Part shown: piece after piece, positions 19,345 to 30,783 of the stretch | Layout: every line of letters starts with the position of its first letter | Position numbering within the stretch: position 1 is the first letter of the stretch | Assembly (NCBI GenBank): GCA_038215615.1 | Contig: JBBQQR010000003.1 | Location: 81,350-145,349 of the forward strand | DNA length: 64,000 nucleotides | Source of the DNA: Vulcanimicrobiales bacterium | GTDB taxonomy: Bacteria > Vulcanimicrobiota > Vulcanimicrobiia > Vulcanimicrobiales > Vulcanimicrobiaceae | Reading direction: 5' to 3' | Position numbers and translations under genes: made by a program | Notes under the pieces: generated by a model | The model's input: the letters and a program-made list of their open reading frames with translations, nothing else | Told to the model about the DNA's origin: nothing | Database searches by the model: none

Positions 19345-19581
19345 TTAGTGCGCGTGCGCGCAGCGCCCGCAATACCAAACGACCGCGCCTTCGACCGTGA
19401 CCGGGACCATGTGCTCGCGCACTCCGCGGCGTCCGCATCGCGCGCATGAGTACGTTTTACCGATGGGCGCTGCCACATGCTTCTCGCCGCGGGTCCATAC
19501 GTACGCGACCACGAGAATCGCGCCTAGAACCACGAACGGCGTCCACGCGAAAAACTCGGCGATTACCTGCGACGAAATCAT
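19345..19581 (-). CDS. small membrane protein with C-terminal CxxC...CxxC Zn ribbon
   Basis: TM segment FVVLGAILVVAYVW, then CARC...CGRC. Confidence 0.7.
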   Translation of the reverse strand: MISSQVIAEFFAWTPFVVLGAILVVAYVWTRGEKHVAAPIGKTYSCARCGRRGVREHMVPVTVEGAVVWYCGRCAHAH

Positions 19582-19628
19582 GCGACTCAGGGGTTTCGCT
19601 CTGTTGTCTTCGCTTTTCCTTGAAAGCG

Positions 19629-20561
19629 CTAACCGCCGGCGGGATGCCTAGGCCCGCCCCGGCATCCCGCCGGCGGTGCGCGCATGCGGCGGGAGATTGG
19701 GAAGACGTCGTCGACCTTTTTGAAGGCGCCTTCATGGGGCGTGGAGTGCAGCGATTCGGCCGAGCTCAAGCAGATGAAACCGAAGCGCGAAAGGCTTTGC
19801 AAAAATAGATTGTGGACGCGGTACTGCAGCGTCTTGTTGAATTGCGGTAAGACGCCACGCGCGACGATCACGTGGAATTCATTGAGGGAAGCGTCGGTGG
19901 CCAAGCTGTGCGTCGCGAAAATCAGGTTGCACTTGAGCGCCTCGTTGAATGTCACTTGACCGTCGGCATATTCGCAGAAGTCCGAAACGGATTTCCGGCC
20001 GCCGCTTAACAGGTAGTCGTTCGAAAACTGTTCGTACGAAGGGATATCGAAGATGCCTTCGCGCGCTTGCGCGAGCGCGAGGTCGCTGAGATCGGTGGCA
20101 TACAGCATGCACCGGTCGAGGAGCTCTTCTTCAAAGAGGATCGCAAGCACGGTGTAGACGTCTTCGCCGGTCCAACACGCCGGAAACCACAGCCGCGCGA
20201 AGGAGTACGTTCGAAGAAATGTCACCACGCGCTGCCGGATTGCGCGAAAGTATTCCGGCGCGCGAAATAGCTGGTTACTATTGGTGGACATTGCGCACAC
20301 GAAACGGCGAAGGGCCTCTTCGTCGTGCAGAAAGCGTTCTTGGAGGCCCGAAATCGTTTGAACTTTTTCGGCGCGCATGCGCTCGGCGACGCGGCGCTTG
20401 AGCGTGGCGGCGCTGTAGTCGCGAAAGTCATAGCCGCGCCAGCGCAGCATCGCATCGAGCAGTAGGGAGAGCTCGATGCTCGCTAGCTCGTCCGCATGAT
20501 TGCGACCGGCGGGCGGCGGGGGTGCCGCCAGCCGCTCGTCGATAATCACCGGTTGAGCCAT
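19629..20561 (-). CDS. cheR: CheR-family methyltransferase (degenerate motifs)
   Basis: [32 protein letters not shown]; overlaps the hybrid kinase stop. Confidence 0.85.
   Translation of the reverse strand: MAQPVIIDERLAAPPPPAGRNHADELASIELSLLLDAMLRWRGYDFRDYSAATLKRRVAERMRAEKVQTISGLQERFLHDEEALRRFVCAMSTNSNQLFRAPEYFRAIRQRVVTFLRTYSFARLWFPACWTGEDVYTVLAILFEEELLDRCMLYATDLSDLALAQAREGIFDIPSYEQFSNDYLLSGGRKSVSDFCEYADGQVTFNEALKCNLIFATHSLATDASLNEFHVIVARGVLPQFNKTLQYRVHNLFLQSLSRFGFICLSSAESLHSTPHEGAFKKVDDVFPISRRMRAPPAGCRGGPRHPAGG
19632..19677. repeat. 17-bp perfect inverted repeat
   Basis: ACCGCCGGCGGGATGCC-N12-GGCATCCCGCCGGCGGT. Confidence 0.9.
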
Positions 20562-23500
20562 ACCCTCAGCAGCGAAATGAGCTGATCCATGTCGACGGGC
20601 TTGCTGATGTACTCGGAAGCGCCGGCGGCGATGGAACTCTCGCGGTCGCCTTTCATCGCTTTTGCCGTCAGCGCGATGATGGGCAGGTTTTCAAAGCGTG
20701 AGTTCGAGCGGATGCGGCGGATGGTTTCGTACCCGTCCATCTCCGGCATCATGATATCCATCAGCACGACGTCAATTGACGGATCTTGCATCAGTTTATC
20801 GATGCCTTCCTGACCGCTTTCGGCGCTGATGGGCTTCAAGTGGTGCGTTTCGAGCGCCGAGCTCAGCGCGTAGATATTGCGCGCATCGTCGTCGACAATC
20901 AGCACCTTCTTGTTTTCGAGCGTCGCCGTTCCGAGCGGCCGTATATCGCTGGAACGTTTTGCAGCCGGAAGACGCGACTCCACTTGATGCAAGAAGAACC
21001 GCGTTTCGTCGAGCAGCCGTTCGGGAGACATGGCGTCTTTCACGATCACCGCTTCGCTCAGTTTGCTGAGTTTGGCTTCTTCCTGGCGCGAAAGGTCGCG
21101 GCCGGTGTAGACCACGATCGGCGTGCGAGCGTGTTCGGCTTGCATGCGGATGCGTTCGATCAACTGTTCACCGGGGATGTCCGGCAGCCCCAGATCCAGG
21201 ACGATGCAGTCGAACTTGCCCGCGTTGAGCGCTTCGATCGCTTCGTCGCCTGACCGGACCGCCGTAACGGCGACTTCGCCGCTTCCGATGAGATTGACCA
21301 TGGCGTTCAGCTGCGTGATGTCGTCTTCGATCACCAACAGATTCTTGGTGCGCCGATCCGCGAAGCCGAGCAAGTTATCGAACGTTTCGGTCAAGGCTTC
21401 TTCGGTAACCGGCTTGCGCAAGTGGGCAATCGCGCCTGCGTCGAGCGCGCGCTGCCATTGTTCTTCGCCGGAGATCACATGCACGGGAATGTTCGCGGTC
21501 GACGAATCGTGCTTCAAATCCGCCAGCAGCTTCCAGCCGTCGACGTCGGGCAAGCCGATGTCGAGTGTAATAGCGTCCGGCAAGTATTTTCTCGCAAACG
21601 AGACGCCCTCTACTCCGCTGAGGGCAACGACGGCTTTGAAGCCGCGGTCGCGCGCCAGCCCGAGCAGAATCCGTGCGAAGATCGCGTCGTCTTCGATGAT
21701 CAGCAGCACCCTGTCGGTGCTCTCGATTTTGTTGCGATCGTCGGCGATCGCATCGAGCGAAGGCGACATCTCGAGCGTGCGCGCCGGCGTGACGTCGCGC
21801 GGCTCCGGCCCTCGGTGAAGCGGATGCGCCTCGCCAATCATGCCGAAAGGCCTCGCGTTGAACGGGCCGGCGATGCGTTCCGCCGGATGATAGAACGTGA
21901 AGGTGCTCCCTTCGCCGATCGTACTTTCAACGCCGATTTCACCGCCGAGCAGCCCGGCGATTTCACGGCTGATTGCCAGTCCAAGACCGGTTCCGCCGAA
22001 CTTGCGCGACGTTCCCATGTCAGCTTGCTGGAATGCTTCGAAAATCACGTTGAACTTGTCGGGCGGAATGCCGATGCCTGTATCCGTCACAGAGAACGCG
22101 ACCGCCGGACCTTTGATCGAACCGAGGCGATGCTCCTTGAGCAGCGAGATTTCGAGCGTCACGCCGCCTTCGGTCGTGAACTTGAACGCGTTGGAAAGCA
22201 GGTTCTTGAGAATCTGCTGCAGCCGCGTTGCGTCGGTGACGAGATTGTCGGTTACGTCTTCGTGACGTTTGATCGTGAACTTGAGCGCCTTGTCGGCCGC
22301 CACCTGACTGAACGTGCGGGCGATGTCGTCCTCGATCGCTTGGAACGGAACATCCTGCAGCTCGATGGAGGTCGTGCCCGATTCGATCTTCGACAGATCG
22401 AGAATGTCGTTGATGAGCGTCAGCAAGTCGGTTCCCGCAGCCCGAATCGTCTGCGCGAACTCGATCTGCTTGTTCGTCATGTTGCCTTCGGGGTTGTCCG
22501 CCAATTGCTTGGAAAGAATCAGCAGCGAGTTCAGCGGCGTGCGCAGCTCGTGAGACATGTTTGCCAGGAACTGGGATTTGTATTTCGAGATAAGCGCCAG
22601 CTGTTCGGCTTTCTTTTCGAGCTCCTGACGCGCTTCGTCGATCTCGCGCGTGCGGCGTTCGATTTCCTCGTTTCGCTCCTGCAGAAGGCGCGAGCGCTCT
22701 TCCAACTCGTCGTTGGTCTGCTGCAGTTCCATCTGCTGGCTCTGCAGTTCGTTGGTCAGCGCTTGCGATTGTTTGAGCAGCTCTTCGGTGCGCATCGTCG
22801 CGCCGATCGTGTTCAGAATAACGCCGACCGATTCGGTCAATTGGCCGAAGAATTGCAGCTGCGTCTCGTTGAACCGCTCGGTCGAAGCCAGCTCGATGAC
22901 CGCTTTGACCTCGCCTTCGAACAGCACGGGCAGGACGATAAGCGAGAGCGGCTTCGTTTCGCCCAAGCCCGAGCCGATTGCCATATAGTCCGGCGGCACG
23001 TCGCTCAACAAAATGCGCTGACGCTCGACCAGACACTGTCCGACGAGTCCTTCGCCTTCGCGGATCGATCGCTGCGCGGCTTTCTTCTTGCTGATCGCGT
23101 AGCTCGCCATCAGGCGCAGCACCTGTTCGTCGCCGATCGGTTCGTTCACGTAAAACGCGCCCGAATAAGCGTTGACCAGCGGAGCGATCTCCGAAATGAT
23201 CATGCGGCTCACGGTCTTGGTGTCGCGCTGGCCCTGCAGCATCGCCGTGAACCGCGCGACGTTGGTCTTGAGCCAGTCCTGATCGGTGTTCTTGCGCGTC
23301 GTGTCGCGCAAGTTTTGAATCATCTCGTTTACGTTACGCGTCAGTTCGGCGACTTCGCCGCGCGCTTCAACTTGCACCGCTCGCGAGAGATCGCCCTTGG
23401 TAACCGCGGTCGCGACTTCGCCGATGGCGCGAATCTGTGACGTTAACTGCGCTGCCAGCTGGTTCACGGAGTCGGTGAGGTCGCGCCATAAACCGGCGGC

Positions 23501-26302
23501 GCCCGGGACCTGCGCTTGTCCCCCGAGCTTTCCTTCGAATCCGACTTCGCGCGCGACTGTCGTCACCTGATCGGCGAACGTCGCAAGCGTGTCGATCATG
23601 AAATTGATCGTGTCGGCGAGGCGGGCGATTTCGCCCTTGGCTTCTAGTGTCAGTTTGCGTTTGAGGTCGCCGTTGGCGACCGACGTCACGACTTGCGCGA
23701 TGCCGCGCACCTGGTTGGTTAAGTTGGCCGCCATGAAGTTCACGTTGTCGGTGAGATCTTTCCAGGTGCCGCTGACGCCGGGAACCTGCGCCTGAGCGCC
23801 GAGCTTCCCTTCGGAGCCGACTTCGCGCGCCACGCGCGTGACTTCCGATGCGAACGCGTTGAGCTGGTCGACCATCGTGTTGATTGTGTCTTTGAGTTCG
23901 AGGATTTCACCACGCACATCGACCGTGATTTTCTTCGAGAGGTCGCCGAGCGCAACGGCAGTCGTCACCTTGGCGATGTTACGCACTTGCGAGGTGAGGT
24001 TCGACGCCATCGTGTTCACCGAGTCGGTCAAATCTTTCCACGTACCGGCGACGCCGCGCACGAAGGCTTGTCCGCCCAAGCGCCCTTCGGAGCCGACTTC
24101 GCGCGCGACGCGCGTCACTTCCGACGCGAACGCGTTGAGCTGGTCGACCATCGTGTTGATCGTGTTTTTCAGTTCGAGAATTTCGCCGCGCACGTCGACC
24201 GTGATCTTCTTTGAAAGGTCGCCGTTCGCAACGGCGGTCGTGACTTCGGCGATGTTACGGACTTGGTTCGTCAGGTTCGACGCCATGGAGTTCACCGAAA
24301 GCGTCAAGTCTTTCCACGTGCCGCTGACGCCGGCCACCTCAGCCTGACCGCCGAGTTTACCTTCGGAACCGACTTCGCGCGCCACGCGCGTGACTTCCGA
24401 CGCGAACGCATTGAGCTGGTCGACCATCGTGTTGATCGTGTTTTTCAACTCGAGGATTTCGCCGCGTACGTCGACGGTGATCTTCTTCGACAGGTCACCT
24501 TTGGCGACGGCGGTCGTGACTTCGGCGATATTACGCACTTGCGACGTAAGGTTTGAAGCCATGAAGTTCACGGACTCGGTCAAGTCGCGCCACGTGCCGC
24601 TGACGCCGGCAACCTGCGCTTGGCCGCCCAGTTTACCTTCAGAACCGACTTCGCGCGCGACGCGCGTCACCTCGCCGGCGAACGCATTGAGCTGGTCGAC
24701 CATCGTATTGATCGTGTTCTTCAGTTCGAGAATTTCGCCGCGCACGTCGACCGTGATCTTGCGCGACAAGTCGCCCTTGGCGACGGCGGTCGTCACGTCG
24801 GCAATGTTGCGCACTTGAGACGTGAGGTTCGACGCCATCCGGTTCACGGAGTCGGTCAAATCTTTCCAGGTACCGCTGACGCCCTTGACGTCGGCCTGGC
24901 CGCCCAGCTTGCCTTCGGAACCGACCTCGCGCGCAACGCGCGTCACTTCGCCCGCAAACGCATTGAGCTGGTCGACCATCGTGTTGATCGTGTTTTTTAG
25001 TTCGAGGATTTCTCCGCGAACGCTAACCGTAATCTTACGCGAAAGATCGCCTTTCGCCACGGCCGTCGTCACGTCGGCAATGTTACGCACTTGAGACGTC
25101 AGGTTCGCCGCCATGAAGTTCACCGACTCGGTGAGATCTTTCCACGTGCCGCTGACGCCCGCAACCTGCGCCTGGCCGCCCAGAATGCCTTCCGATCCGA
25201 CTTCGCGCGCAACGCGCGTGACTTCCGACGCGAAGGCGTTGAGCTGGTCGACCATCGTGTTGATCGTGTTTTTGAGTTCGAGGATTTCACCGCGCACGTC
25301 GACGGTGATCTTTTTCGAAAGGTCGCCCTTGGCGACGGCGGTTGTGACTTCGGCGATGTTACGAACTTGCGACGTGAGGTTCGAGGCCATGAAGTTCACG
25401 GACTCGGTGAGGTCCTTCCAGGTGCCGCTGACGCCTTGCACCTCGGCTTGGCCGCCGAGTTTGCCTTCGGAGCCGACTTCGCGCGCGACGCGCGTCACTT
25501 CCGACGCGAACGCGTTCAGCTGGTCGACCATGGTGTTGATCGTGTTCTTGAGTTCGAGAATTTCGCCGGCGGCTTCAACCGCGATCTTGCGCGAGAGGTC
25601 ACCCTTGGCAACTGCCGTCGTCACGTCGGCGATGTTACGCACCTGCGATGTTAAGTTACCAGCCATCGTGTTAACCGAGTCGGTTAAGTCTTTCCAAGTG
25701 CCCGCGACGCCTTTCACGCTGGCTTGGCCGCCGAGCTTGCCTTCGGAACCAACTTCGCGCGCAACGCGCGTCACTTCGGAAGCGAACGCGTTCAACTGAT
25801 CCACCATTGTGTTGATCAACCGGGCGGATCGGAGAAACTCCCCGCGGAGCGGACGGCCGTCGATGTCGACGGGGATCCGTTGCCCGAGGTCGCCTTGCGC
25901 GACCGACCCGAGCACGCGATTCGTTTCGGCCATCGGGGCGGTCAGGTCATCGATCAGATGATTATACGCTTCGACTTGAATTTTCCAACCGCCGACCGCT
26001 TCGGGGAGCGACGCCCGCTCGTTTACGCGCCCTTCGCGTCCGACCACACGGCTAACCCGCAAGATCTCGCGCAGCATGTGCTGTTTGATCTGCGCGCAAG
26101 CGTTGAACGCTTCAGCGAGTTCGGCTTCCGGGCCGGCACCGCGCACCGGCAGCCGGACCGCAAAATTCCCGTCGCGGAAGGAACGCAATGCAAGCAGCAG
26201 CTTGCGGTCGAGAGCGGTGCCGTTGCCAGAATGCGAACTCGCGGCACCGTTTGAACGCGTTTTGCCGTTACGCGCGGGCTTCGAACGAGAGACAGTCGCC
26301 AT
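20546..26302 (-). CDS. cytoplasmic hybrid histidine kinase: poly-HAMP, GAF, coiled coil, HisKA, HATPase, 3 receiver domains (group III/Nik1-like)
   Basis: Tandem 92-aa repeats, [29 protein letters not shown], three REC domains; start set at MATVSRSK after GGAG. Confidence 0.93.
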   Translation of the reverse strand: MATVSRSKPARNGKTRSNGAASSHSGNGTALDRKLLLALRSFRDGNFAVRLPVRGAGPEAELAEAFNACAQIKQHMLREILRVSRVVGREGRVNERASLPEAVGGWKIQVEAYNHLIDDLTAPMAETNRVLGSVAQGDLGQRIPVDIDGRPLRGEFLRSARLINTMVDQLNAFASEVTRVAREVGSEGKLGGQASVKGVAGTWKDLTDSVNTMAGNLTSQVRNIADVTTAVAKGDLSRKIAVEAAGEILELKNTINTMVDQLNAFASEVTRVAREVGSEGKLGGQAEVQGVSGTWKDLTESVNFMASNLTSQVRNIAEVTTAVAKGDLSKKITVDVRGEILELKNTINTMVDQLNAFASEVTRVAREVGSEGILGGQAQVAGVSGTWKDLTESVNFMAANLTSQVRNIADVTTAVAKGDLSRKITVSVRGEILELKNTINTMVDQLNAFAGEVTRVAREVGSEGKLGGQADVKGVSGTWKDLTDSVNRMASNLTSQVRNIADVTTAVAKGDLSRKITVDVRGEILELKNTINTMVDQLNAFAGEVTRVAREVGSEGKLGGQAQVAGVSGTWRDLTESVNFMASNLTSQVRNIAEVTTAVAKGDLSKKITVDVRGEILELKNTINTMVDQLNAFASEVTRVAREVGSEGKLGGQAEVAGVSGTWKDLTLSVNSMASNLTNQVRNIAEVTTAVANGDLSKKITVDVRGEILELKNTINTMVDQLNAFASEVTRVAREVGSEGRLGGQAFVRGVAGTWKDLTDSVNTMASNLTSQVRNIAKVTTAVALGDLSKKITVDVRGEILELKDTINTMVDQLNAFASEVTRVAREVGSEGKLGAQAQVPGVSGTWKDLTDNVNFMAANLTNQVRGIAQVVTSVANGDLKRKLTLEAKGEIARLADTINFMIDTLATFADQVTTVAREVGFEGKLGGQAQVPGAAGLWRDLTDSVNQLAAQLTSQIRAIGEVATAVTKGDLSRAVQVEARGEVAELTRNVNEMIQNLRDTTRKNTDQDWLKTNVARFTAMLQGQRDTKTVSRMIISEIAPLVNAYSGAFYVNEPIGDEQVLRLMASYAISKKKAAQRSIREGEGLVGQCLVERQRILLSDVPPDYMAIGSGLGETKPLSLIVLPVLFEGEVKAVIELASTERFNETQLQFFGQLTESVGVILNTIGATMRTEELLKQSQALTNELQSQQMELQQTNDELEERSRLLQERNEEIERRTREIDEARQELEKKAEQLALISKYKSQFLANMSHELRTPLNSLLILSKQLADNPEGNMTNKQIEFAQTIRAAGTDLLTLINDILDLSKIESGTTSIELQDVPFQAIEDDIARTFSQVAADKALKFTIKRHEDVTDNLVTDATRLQQILKNLLSNAFKFTTEGGVTLEISLLKEHRLGSIKGPAVAFSVTDTGIGIPPDKFNVIFEAFQQADMGTSRKFGGTGLGLAISREIAGLLGGEIGVESTIGEGSTFTFYHPAERIAGPFNARPFGMIGEAHPLHRGPEPRDVTPARTLEMSPSLDAIADDRNKIESTDRVLLIIEDDAIFARILLGLARDRGFKAVVALSGVEGVSFARKYLPDAITLDIGLPDVDGWKLLADLKHDSSTANIPVHVISGEEQWQRALDAGAIAHLRKPVTEEALTETFDNLLGFADRRTKNLLVIEDDITQLNAMVNLIGSGEVAVTAVRSGDEAIEALNAGKFDCIVLDLGLPDIPGEQLIERIRMQAEHARTPIVVYTGRDLSRQEEAKLSKLSEAVIVKDAMSPERLLDETRFFLHQVESRLPAAKRSSDIRPLGTATLENKKVLIVDDDARNIYALSSALETHHLKPISAESGQEGIDKLMQDPSIDVVLMDIMMPEMDGYETIRRIRSNSRFENLPIIALTAKAMKGDRESSIAAGASEYISKPVDMDQLISLLRVWLNR
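23420..25830 (-). repeat. intragenic 276-nt tandem repeat (poly-HAMP): 8 near-identical units plus divergent flanking units
   Basis: [11 protein letters not shown](S/G)[13 protein letters not shown] recurs 8 times at 276-nt spacing; boundaries approximate. Confidence 0.92.
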
Positions 26303-26379
26303 AAATGAAAGGTGCTCCGTAGTGGATGCGGCTGATTTCTTCATTGCCCGATTCGCCCTATGCCAAACTTGGGCTTGCC

Positions 26380-26410
26380 CAGGTTTAGCAAGCGGGGACC
26401 CCGGGGAGAA
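26380..26410 (+). promoter_or_regulatory. putative SigB/SigF-type promoter GGTTT-N17-GGGAG
   Basis: CAGGTTTAGCAAGCGGGGACCCCGGGGAGAA upstream of the PP2C-RsbW fusion. Confidence 0.45.
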
Positions 26411-26430
26411 CCCAGGCATGCCGGCCACGT

Positions 26431-27954
26431 ATGCTTGAGCGCGGCGACCTTCGCCATTCCCAGGCACTTGAGCTCCTGGCGGATGCGAGCCGCCTCCTAG
26501 CCTCATCGCTTGAGTTATCGGCGACTTTGCCCCGCGTGGCGCAGCTCTGCGTCGAGCGACTGGCCGACTATTGCGTCATAGCCGGAAATGACCGCAACGA
26601 CGAGCAGTTCTTCCACGAGGCAGGCCAGGGCAAGAAGCTGCGCCTGCGCCGCGGCGACCAGGTCCAAATCGAAGCCGGCCTGCGTTCCCTGGGCTACCAG
26701 CGCGTTCTCGTCATCCCGTTGCCCGGGCGGCAGTCAGGGGCCGGCGTCTTCGCGCTTGCCACCAAGGCGGCGGACCGCTTCGACACCGGTACCGAGAAGA
26801 TCGCGGAGATTCTCGGCCTTCAGCTGACCAACGCGCTCGACCAGGCGACACTGCTGGAAAGAACCCACCACGTTGCCGACCGCCTGCAACGGGCGCTGCT
26901 GCCTGCAAGCTTCCCGCGGGTGGCGGGACGGCAGTTGGATGGCGCATACCGCCCCGCCAGCGAGGAAGCTGAGGTCGGCGGCGACTGGTACGACGCCTTC
27001 GAGCTTCCCGATCACCGCTTGGCGATTTCGATGGGTGACGTCGCGGGGCACGGACTTGAGGCGGCTACGATCATGGGCGAGGTGCGCATCGCATTACGCG
27101 CTGCCGCCGTCGGCGAGCGATCTCCGGCTGCCGTCCTTGAACAGATCAACAGCGTGACGAATTTGCGAAGCGGCATCGGCATGGTCACCGCGATATTCGG
27201 TTATTACGACGCGGTCAGCCGCGAGCTGACCTACGCGGTGGCCGGTCACCCGCCGCCTGCGCTGGTAATACAAGACGCTTTCGCCGGATATCTTCCGGGC
27301 GGCGGCGTCCCGCTGGGCATCGGCGATAATGTCGGCGCTCGCGACTGGGTGATCACGCTGCCGCCGCGCAGCTGGGTGATGTTTTACACCGATGGCATGA
27401 CCGAGTACGACCGCGATGTGATCGCCGGCGAGGAACGTCTGCTCGAAGCAAGTGTGCGCTCGTGCGAATCGGATTCGGAGAACCCGGCGATTGCATTGCA
27501 AGAGCGCATCTTCAGCACGTCGGTCAACCGCGACGATGCCGCCACGCTGGTGCTCTCGTGCTTCGACGGACCGGTTCCCAAACGAATGGAGTACTCAGCG
27601 ATCCCGATGACGGCGCCGATCGTGCGCGCGATGATCAACCGGTTCTGCGATCAGAACGGTGTCTCACCCGATCAGCGTTTTGCTCTGACGTCGGCCATCG
27701 GTGAAGCGGTGGCAAATGCCGTCGAACATGCGTACCAAGGCGAAGTTCCCGGCAAATTCGAGCTGCGGCTGGAAGCGCAGGGCGACTGCGTGACCGTCGA
27801 TGTGGAAGATCGCGGGCACTGGCGCCCGTTTCAAAAACGTGACGATCGGGGCCGCGGCATGGTATTGATGCACGAACTGATGGATCGCGTTCGCATCAAC
27901 TCGGCGCAGCACGGAACCTGTTTGAGCATGGTGCTCAATCGCGAGCCCGCCTAA
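26431..27954 (+). CDS. GAF + PP2C (SpoIIE/RsbU) phosphatase fused to anti-sigma HATPase
   Basis: LQRALLP, VGGDWYD, GDVAGHG, FYTDG, DD; C-terminal [21 protein letters not shown]. Confidence 0.9.
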   Translation: MLERGDLRHSQALELLADASRLLASSLELSATLPRVAQLCVERLADYCVIAGNDRNDEQFFHEAGQGKKLRLRRGDQVQIEAGLRSLGYQRVLVIPLPGRQSGAGVFALATKAADRFDTGTEKIAEILGLQLTNALDQATLLERTHHVADRLQRALLPASFPRVAGRQLDGAYRPASEEAEVGGDWYDAFELPDHRLAISMGDVAGHGLEAATIMGEVRIALRAAAVGERSPAAVLEQINSVTNLRSGIGMVTAIFGYYDAVSRELTYAVAGHPPPALVIQDAFAGYLPGGGVPLGIGDNVGARDWVITLPPRSWVMFYTDGMTEYDRDVIAGEERLLEASVRSCESDSENPAIALQERIFSTSVNRDDAATLVLSCFDGPVPKRMEYSAIPMTAPIVRAMINRFCDQNGVSPDQRFALTSAIGEAVANAVEHAYQGEVPGKFELRLEAQGDCVTVDVEDRGHWRPFQKRDDRGRGMVLMHELMDRVRINSAQHGTCLSMVLNREPA

Positions 27955-29193
27955 CTACTGCGCCGCGCGCAACACCAAGGCGGCGTTGATGCCGCCGAAC
28001 CCGGACGAATTCGATAGAACGACGCGTGCATTCGAGGCGACCGTCTCGCGCACGCAGCGCACCTGGCACTCCTCGTCGCGGTTTTCCAAATTCACGGCTC
28101 CCGGGATCACACGGTCGCGCATGCCCATGGCCGCGATCGCCACTTCCCACGCGCCGGTCGCTCCGAGCGCGTGACCGTGCTGACCTTTTGTCGCCGAAAC
28201 CGGAATCTCCGAGAGCCGTTCGCCGAAAATTCGCCCGAATGCGACCGCTTCCGCACGATCGCCCAAACGCGTCGACGAACCGTGCGCGTTGATCGCCTCA
28301 ACTTCACTAGGCAAGACGCGCGCTTCATCGAGTGCGCGCTGGAGCGCGCCGGCGGTTTGCGAACCGTCGGCCAACGGCGCGGACATGTGATACGCGTCGT
28401 TCGATGTGCCGAAACCCGCGATCTCCGCGTAGATGTGCGCGCCGTGCCCGATCGCATCTTCGTAGCGCTCGAGCACGAACATGCCGGCGCCTTCCGCCAT
28501 CACAAACCCGTCACGCCCCGCGTCGAAGGGACGGCTCGCGGCCGCCGGATCGTCGTTGCGTGTCGACATCGCCCGCGCGACGGTGAACGCTCCAAACGTC
28601 AGCGGCGCCAGCGGCGCTTCGATCCCGCCGGCTAAGGCAGCGCGCACGTCGCCCCGCTTGATGGCGCGGTACGCTTCCCCGATCGCGATCGCGCCGGCGG
28701 CGCACGAATCCGAGTTGGCCATCGTCGGTCCGGTTATTCCGAATTCGATCGCGACGTTGCTGGCGGCAGCGCCGCCAAACACCGAAATCGTCAGCAGCGG
28801 ACGCACCGAGCGCAAGCCTTCGCGCCGGAAGACTTCGATCTGCTCCTCTGCAAACGCCAAGCCGCCCAGCGCCGATCCCGTGTAGACGCCGATCTCCGAG
28901 CGGTTGCCGTCGACGGAAAATTTCGCGTCTTCGACCGCAAGCTTGGCCGAAGCGACCGCGAGCTGCGAGAAGCGGTCGGTCCACTGCAGCCGGCGTTTCG
29001 TCAAGTAGTCCGACGGATCGAAGTCGTCGATCTGAGCGGCCACACGCGAAGGAAAACCTTCACATTCAAAGCGCGTCAGCGGAGCGACCGCCACTTTGCC
29101 GGCCAAAAGGTTGTCCCAAAATGCGCGCGCGCCCGTGCCCAGCGGCGTGATCATGCCCATTCCAGTGATGACGACGCGATGCGTGTCAGCCAT
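27955..29193 (-). CDS. beta-ketoacyl synthase (KAS II/FabF-like), probably biosynthetic
   Basis: RVVITGMG, catalytic SCAAG, NAHGSST, GHALGA, NSSGFGG. Confidence 0.9.
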   Translation of the reverse strand: MADTHRVVITGMGMITPLGTGARAFWDNLLAGKVAVAPLTRFECEGFPSRVAAQIDDFDPSDYLTKRRLQWTDRFSQLAVASAKLAVEDAKFSVDGNRSEIGVYTGSALGGLAFAEEQIEVFRREGLRSVRPLLTISVFGGAAASNVAIEFGITGPTMANSDSCAAGAIAIGEAYRAIKRGDVRAALAGGIEAPLAPLTFGAFTVARAMSTRNDDPAAASRPFDAGRDGFVMAEGAGMFVLERYEDAIGHGAHIYAEIAGFGTSNDAYHMSAPLADGSQTAGALQRALDEARVLPSEVEAINAHGSSTRLGDRAEAVAFGRIFGERLSEIPVSATKGQHGHALGATGAWEVAIAAMGMRDRVIPGAVNLENRDEECQVRCVRETVASNARVVLSNSSGFGGINAALVLRAAQ

Positions 29194-29614
29194 CGCCCGC
29201 CTCGGCTAACTCTTTGATGCGGCGCAGCGTTCGCGTCGCGACGTGATCGATGAAAAACTTCCCGACGATCCAATTCATCGGAAAACCCAGTGCAGCGCGA
29301 TGATCGATCGAAACGCGCGTTCCGCCGTCAGCCGGTTCGAAGTTCCACACGACGTCCATCCCTTTGGTCCAGCCGCCCAAATGCCGGAATGCGATCGAGG
29401 GCGTGAGCGGGTCGTTCGTCTGTTCGGCGCGCCAGCGAACGGGTATTCCGCTGCGCCGCGCCGCCATCTCCACGACGCGCCGGTCGCCTGCGCGCTGCAG
29501 CACCCGTACATAACGGTAATGCGGAAGATATTCGGGCCAGCGCTCGGTGTCCGATGCGTAACGGTACACTCGCGCGGGCGAGGCGTGAACGAAGATTTGA
29601 TTGCGGGCGAACAT
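29186..29614 (-). CDS. SRPBCC polyketide cyclase/aromatase
   Basis: WPEYLPHY...W...FRH...GMDVVW; single START-fold domain. Confidence 0.82.
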   Translation of the reverse strand: MFARNQIFVHASPARVYRYASDTERWPEYLPHYRYVRVLQRAGDRRVVEMAARRSGIPVRWRAEQTNDPLTPSIAFRHLGGWTKGMDVVWNFEPADGGTRVSIDHRAALGFPMNWIVGKFFIDHVATRTLRRIKELAEAGDG

Positions 29615-30783
29615 TAGGCGACGAGCCTCAATAAATTGCCCAGGGCCAGCGCCGGCCCCACCGGTCCGCAGCCCGCAATTGCGTCGATCAAAACCTGCGC
29701 GCGTTCCGGATCGCGTTCCACGTTACGGGCGGCGCGTTTTGAAAGCGCAGCCGATCCGGTGAACGATCGGACGATGCGGGCGAGTTTGCCTCGGCGCCGC
29801 ATTTCGGCGGCAAGCTCGGTAGCGTAATTTTTGATGGCCGACCGGCCCGATGCAGGCGCGGCCACAGCGGCGGCGATGGCCCCAGCGGCCGCAATGCCGC
29901 CGCGCAAAGCCAAGTAGACGCCCTGGCCCGTGAAGGGATCGATGAAGCCCGCTGCATCGCCCACGAGCAAAACGTTTCCGGCCGTTAGGGCTCGAGTCGA
30001 ATGAGCGAGCGGTCCCACGGCGACACGCTTTCCTTCGAGTTGGACGCCGGCAAAACGCGCGGCGTCACCGCTCAACGCCCGGGCGCGTTCGCGAATAAAT
30101 TGATCGACGTCATCTTTACGGGCACTGAGGTCTTTTTCGTGCACGATCACCATAATATTTGCGTGCGCCGCATCAAACGGATTAACCGCAAAATAACTGC
30201 TGCCCTCTACGAACATCTCGACGAAACGATCGAGATCGCGCAAGCCGCGGTAATGGCCGCCCAGAGCGAACCGCTGTTCGCCGCGCGGAGCGGCGCTCAA
30301 ACCGCATTTTCTGGCCACGATCGATTGCGCGCCGTCGGCGCCAATCACAAAACGCGCTCGCACGCCCCGCGTTTCCCCGCTTGGTTCTCTTACCGTCAGC
30401 AAACTACCTGACTCTTCTTCACGCACATCCTCGATGCGCGCGTGCATGAAGGTCGCGCCGCGCGAGAGCGCCGCTCGCAGCAGTTCGTCATCGAGCCGCA
30501 AGCGCGGAAGTGCCCATCCAGTTTTCGAGAACCGCAACTCGACGCGCACGCCGTTTCCGCTCAAACGAATCCCCTCAAGCGGCGCCGCTTGCGGCGCAAG
30601 CGCACCTTCCAAACCAAGCGTCCGCAGTTGCTCGACGGCACCGGCACTCACATATTCTCCGCAAGCTTTGTTCCGTGGAAATTGCGACTTGTCGACGATC
30701 AGGGCATGCAGCCCGGCTTCGGCAAGCGCGATAGCTGCGGCCGACCCGGCCGGACCGCCGCCGGCGATCGCGACGTCAAACAT
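29614..30783 (-). CDS. FAD-dependent oxidoreductase (geranylgeranyl reductase/hydroxylase family)
   Basis: GGGPAG, FPRNKACGE, GADG, GDAAGFIDPFTGQG. Confidence 0.88.
   Translation of the reverse strand: MFDVAIAGGGPAGSAAAIALAEAGLHALIVDKSQFPRNKACGEYVSAGAVEQLRTLGLEGALAPQAAPLEGIRLSGNGVRVELRFSKTGWALPRLRLDDELLRAALSRGATFMHARIEDVREEESGSLLTVREPSGETRGVRARFVIGADGAQSIVARKCGLSAAPRGEQRFALGGHYRGLRDLDRFVEMFVEGSSYFAVNPFDAAHANIMVIVHEKDLSARKDDVDQFIRERARALSGDAARFAGVQLEGKRVAVGPLAHSTRALTAGNVLLVGDAAGFIDPFTGQGVYLALRGGIAAAGAIAAAVAAPASGRSAIKNYATELAAEMRRRGKLARIVRSFTGSAALSKRAARNVERDPERAQVLIDAIAGCGPVGPALALGNLLRLVA

Noticed and set aside
21422..23440. 672-aa plus-strand ORF, and similar long ORFs at 12873-13976, 39622-41445, 41773-43281, 44256-45704 and 54893-56179
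   Set aside because: Antisense or alternate-frame shadows of well-supported genes in GC-rich DNA; no recognisable motifs.
23420..25830. Regular repeats as a CRISPR array or mobile element
   Set aside because: 276-nt in-frame units without unique spacers; they encode HAMP domains; no cas genes nearby.
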